From NCBI RefSeq assembly GCF_964204645.1, contig NC_134029.1, forward strand, positions 18,098,950 to 18,162,949: a stretch of DNA of 64,000 bases. Direction: 5' to 3'. The first letter of the stretch is position 1. Every line of letters starts with the position of its first letter. Both the position numbers and the translations under genes were made by a program. A model generated the notes under the pieces. The model did no database searches. It worked only from the letters and a program-made list of their open reading frames with translations, and had not been told where the DNA came from. This DNA is from Tubulanus polymorphus (Eukaryota > Animalia > Nemertea). This document shows positions 62,994 through 64,000 of the stretch, in pieces.

Positions 62994-63138
62994 GGGATCA
63001 TTCATTTATTACGTATGCATTAGGGAGGAGTCAATCGCTTATTGTAATGCTTAATGTATATGAAGAAATGGGCCGATTTTGCATACAGAGGGGGATTGAA
63101 AAATTCAAATTTTATGCGTACGTAATAAATGCATGATC
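62994..63138. mobile_element. Harbinger-type MITE (family of 9629-9793), right TIR interrupted by a copia LTR
   Basis: TAA|GGGATCATTCATTTATTACGTA ... TACGTAATAAATGCATGATC|TG. Confidence 0.8.
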
Positions 63139-63930
63139 TGTTAGATAATGTTAACTATGTTATTTTTATATTGTGGTTAGAAATATTCCATCATCCTCCT
63201 GATGATCATGTGCATGTATGACTATGACTCATTTACGCATGATGATGATATGATGAAATAAAGATTAGTTGATTAGTAGATTTAGCAGAAACAAGACGTT
63301 GTTGCATTGTTTTATCCCCAAGTTCTGGATTCCGCTGTTAATTACTCAAGTTCATGTTAAGGATGGCTTCTAGCGCTCCAACAGGTTATGGGCCCAGGAG
63401 AAACTTGATTTTTGATGGCGATGAGAAGAGGTATGAACTGTGGGAAGCGAAGTTTTTGGTGTACATGAGACTTCAAAAACTTTATGAAGTATTGATTCCG
63501 GCAGCAGGGCTAGAGGCTCAAGCCCCAAATGCCAATGATAATGCGAACGCATATGCGATATTATAAACTGTTTGGATGACAGAAGTCTAACCCTTGTCAT
63601 CCGTGATGCCGAAAATGATGGCAGATAGGCTTTGAAAATTTTGAGAGAACACTATGTCCAACCGGGAAATCAAAGATAATTGGATTATATCATGAACTTA
63701 CAACAATTCAGAAACGAAGTGGTGAAAGTGTTACCGACTATATGCTGAGGGCCGAGAGTGCAGCCACAGCATTAAAGTCAGCAGGAGAAAAAATAGGGGA
63801 TGGATTGCTCGTAGCTATGGTGTTAAAAGGATTACCCCCGTCGTATAAAAAGAGAAGGAAGTGAATTGGAGCGAATTCAAAGTGTCGTTAAGAAATTTCG
63901 AGGAAACCGAAAATGATAAAATTACAATTT
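63139..63930 (+). mobile_element. Ty1/copia element 5' part: LTR 63139-63383 (TG...CA), PBS 63384-63397, decayed gag
   Basis: TGTTAG...CCAACA followed by GGTTATGGGCCCAG (copia-type PBS for an initiator-tRNA fragment); gag FDGDEKRYELWEAKFL, LDDRSL.LVIRDA..DGR.ALKILREHY, ESVTDYMLRAE, MVLKGLP. Confidence 0.9.
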
Positions 63931-64000
63931 TTGGAACTAAAATTTGTATTTCCGAGTAGTACTTACCCATTCCTATGGTTTTTGCCAATATTGGCCCCAG

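Overview
Eukaryotic (animal-like, AT-rich, spliceosomal introns; probably an invertebrate) transposon graveyard with no intact host gene recognised. Bases 1-29.8 kb are a patchwork of recent segmental and tandem duplications (offsets about 8.4 kb, 12.6 kb and 1.455 kb) of a mosaic unit. That unit contains a Neptune-type Penelope-like retroelement (PLE: SGNH-hydrolase ORF1 plus RT-GIY-YIG ORF2), a Ty3/gypsy RNase H fragment, intron-containing tyrosine-recombinase (YR) genes, a Pif1-helicase/PHD gene, BEL/Pao fragments and PLE pseudo-LTRs with hammerhead ribozymes. Bases 32-64 kb hold single decayed copies of the same PLE, a third YR gene, Tigger, pogo, Harbinger, piggyBac, a second PLE, a non-LTR RT, gypsy, BEL and copia pieces, plus MITEs and satellites. 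Three observations stand out. (1) Every recognisable coding fragment and ribozyme, from about 15 independent families, lies on the + strand, as expected for a uni-strand (flamenco-like) piRNA cluster or another long minus-strand transcript. (2) PLE ORF1 ends on a U_UUA_AAC slippery heptamer followed by a hairpin, and the -1 frame runs into the AUG-less RT ORF, suggesting programmed -1 ribosomal frameshifting. (3) There are remnants of an unclassified multi-gene, spliced YR element family. Family calls come from motif recognition only. Boundaries without a TIR or TSD are approximate.
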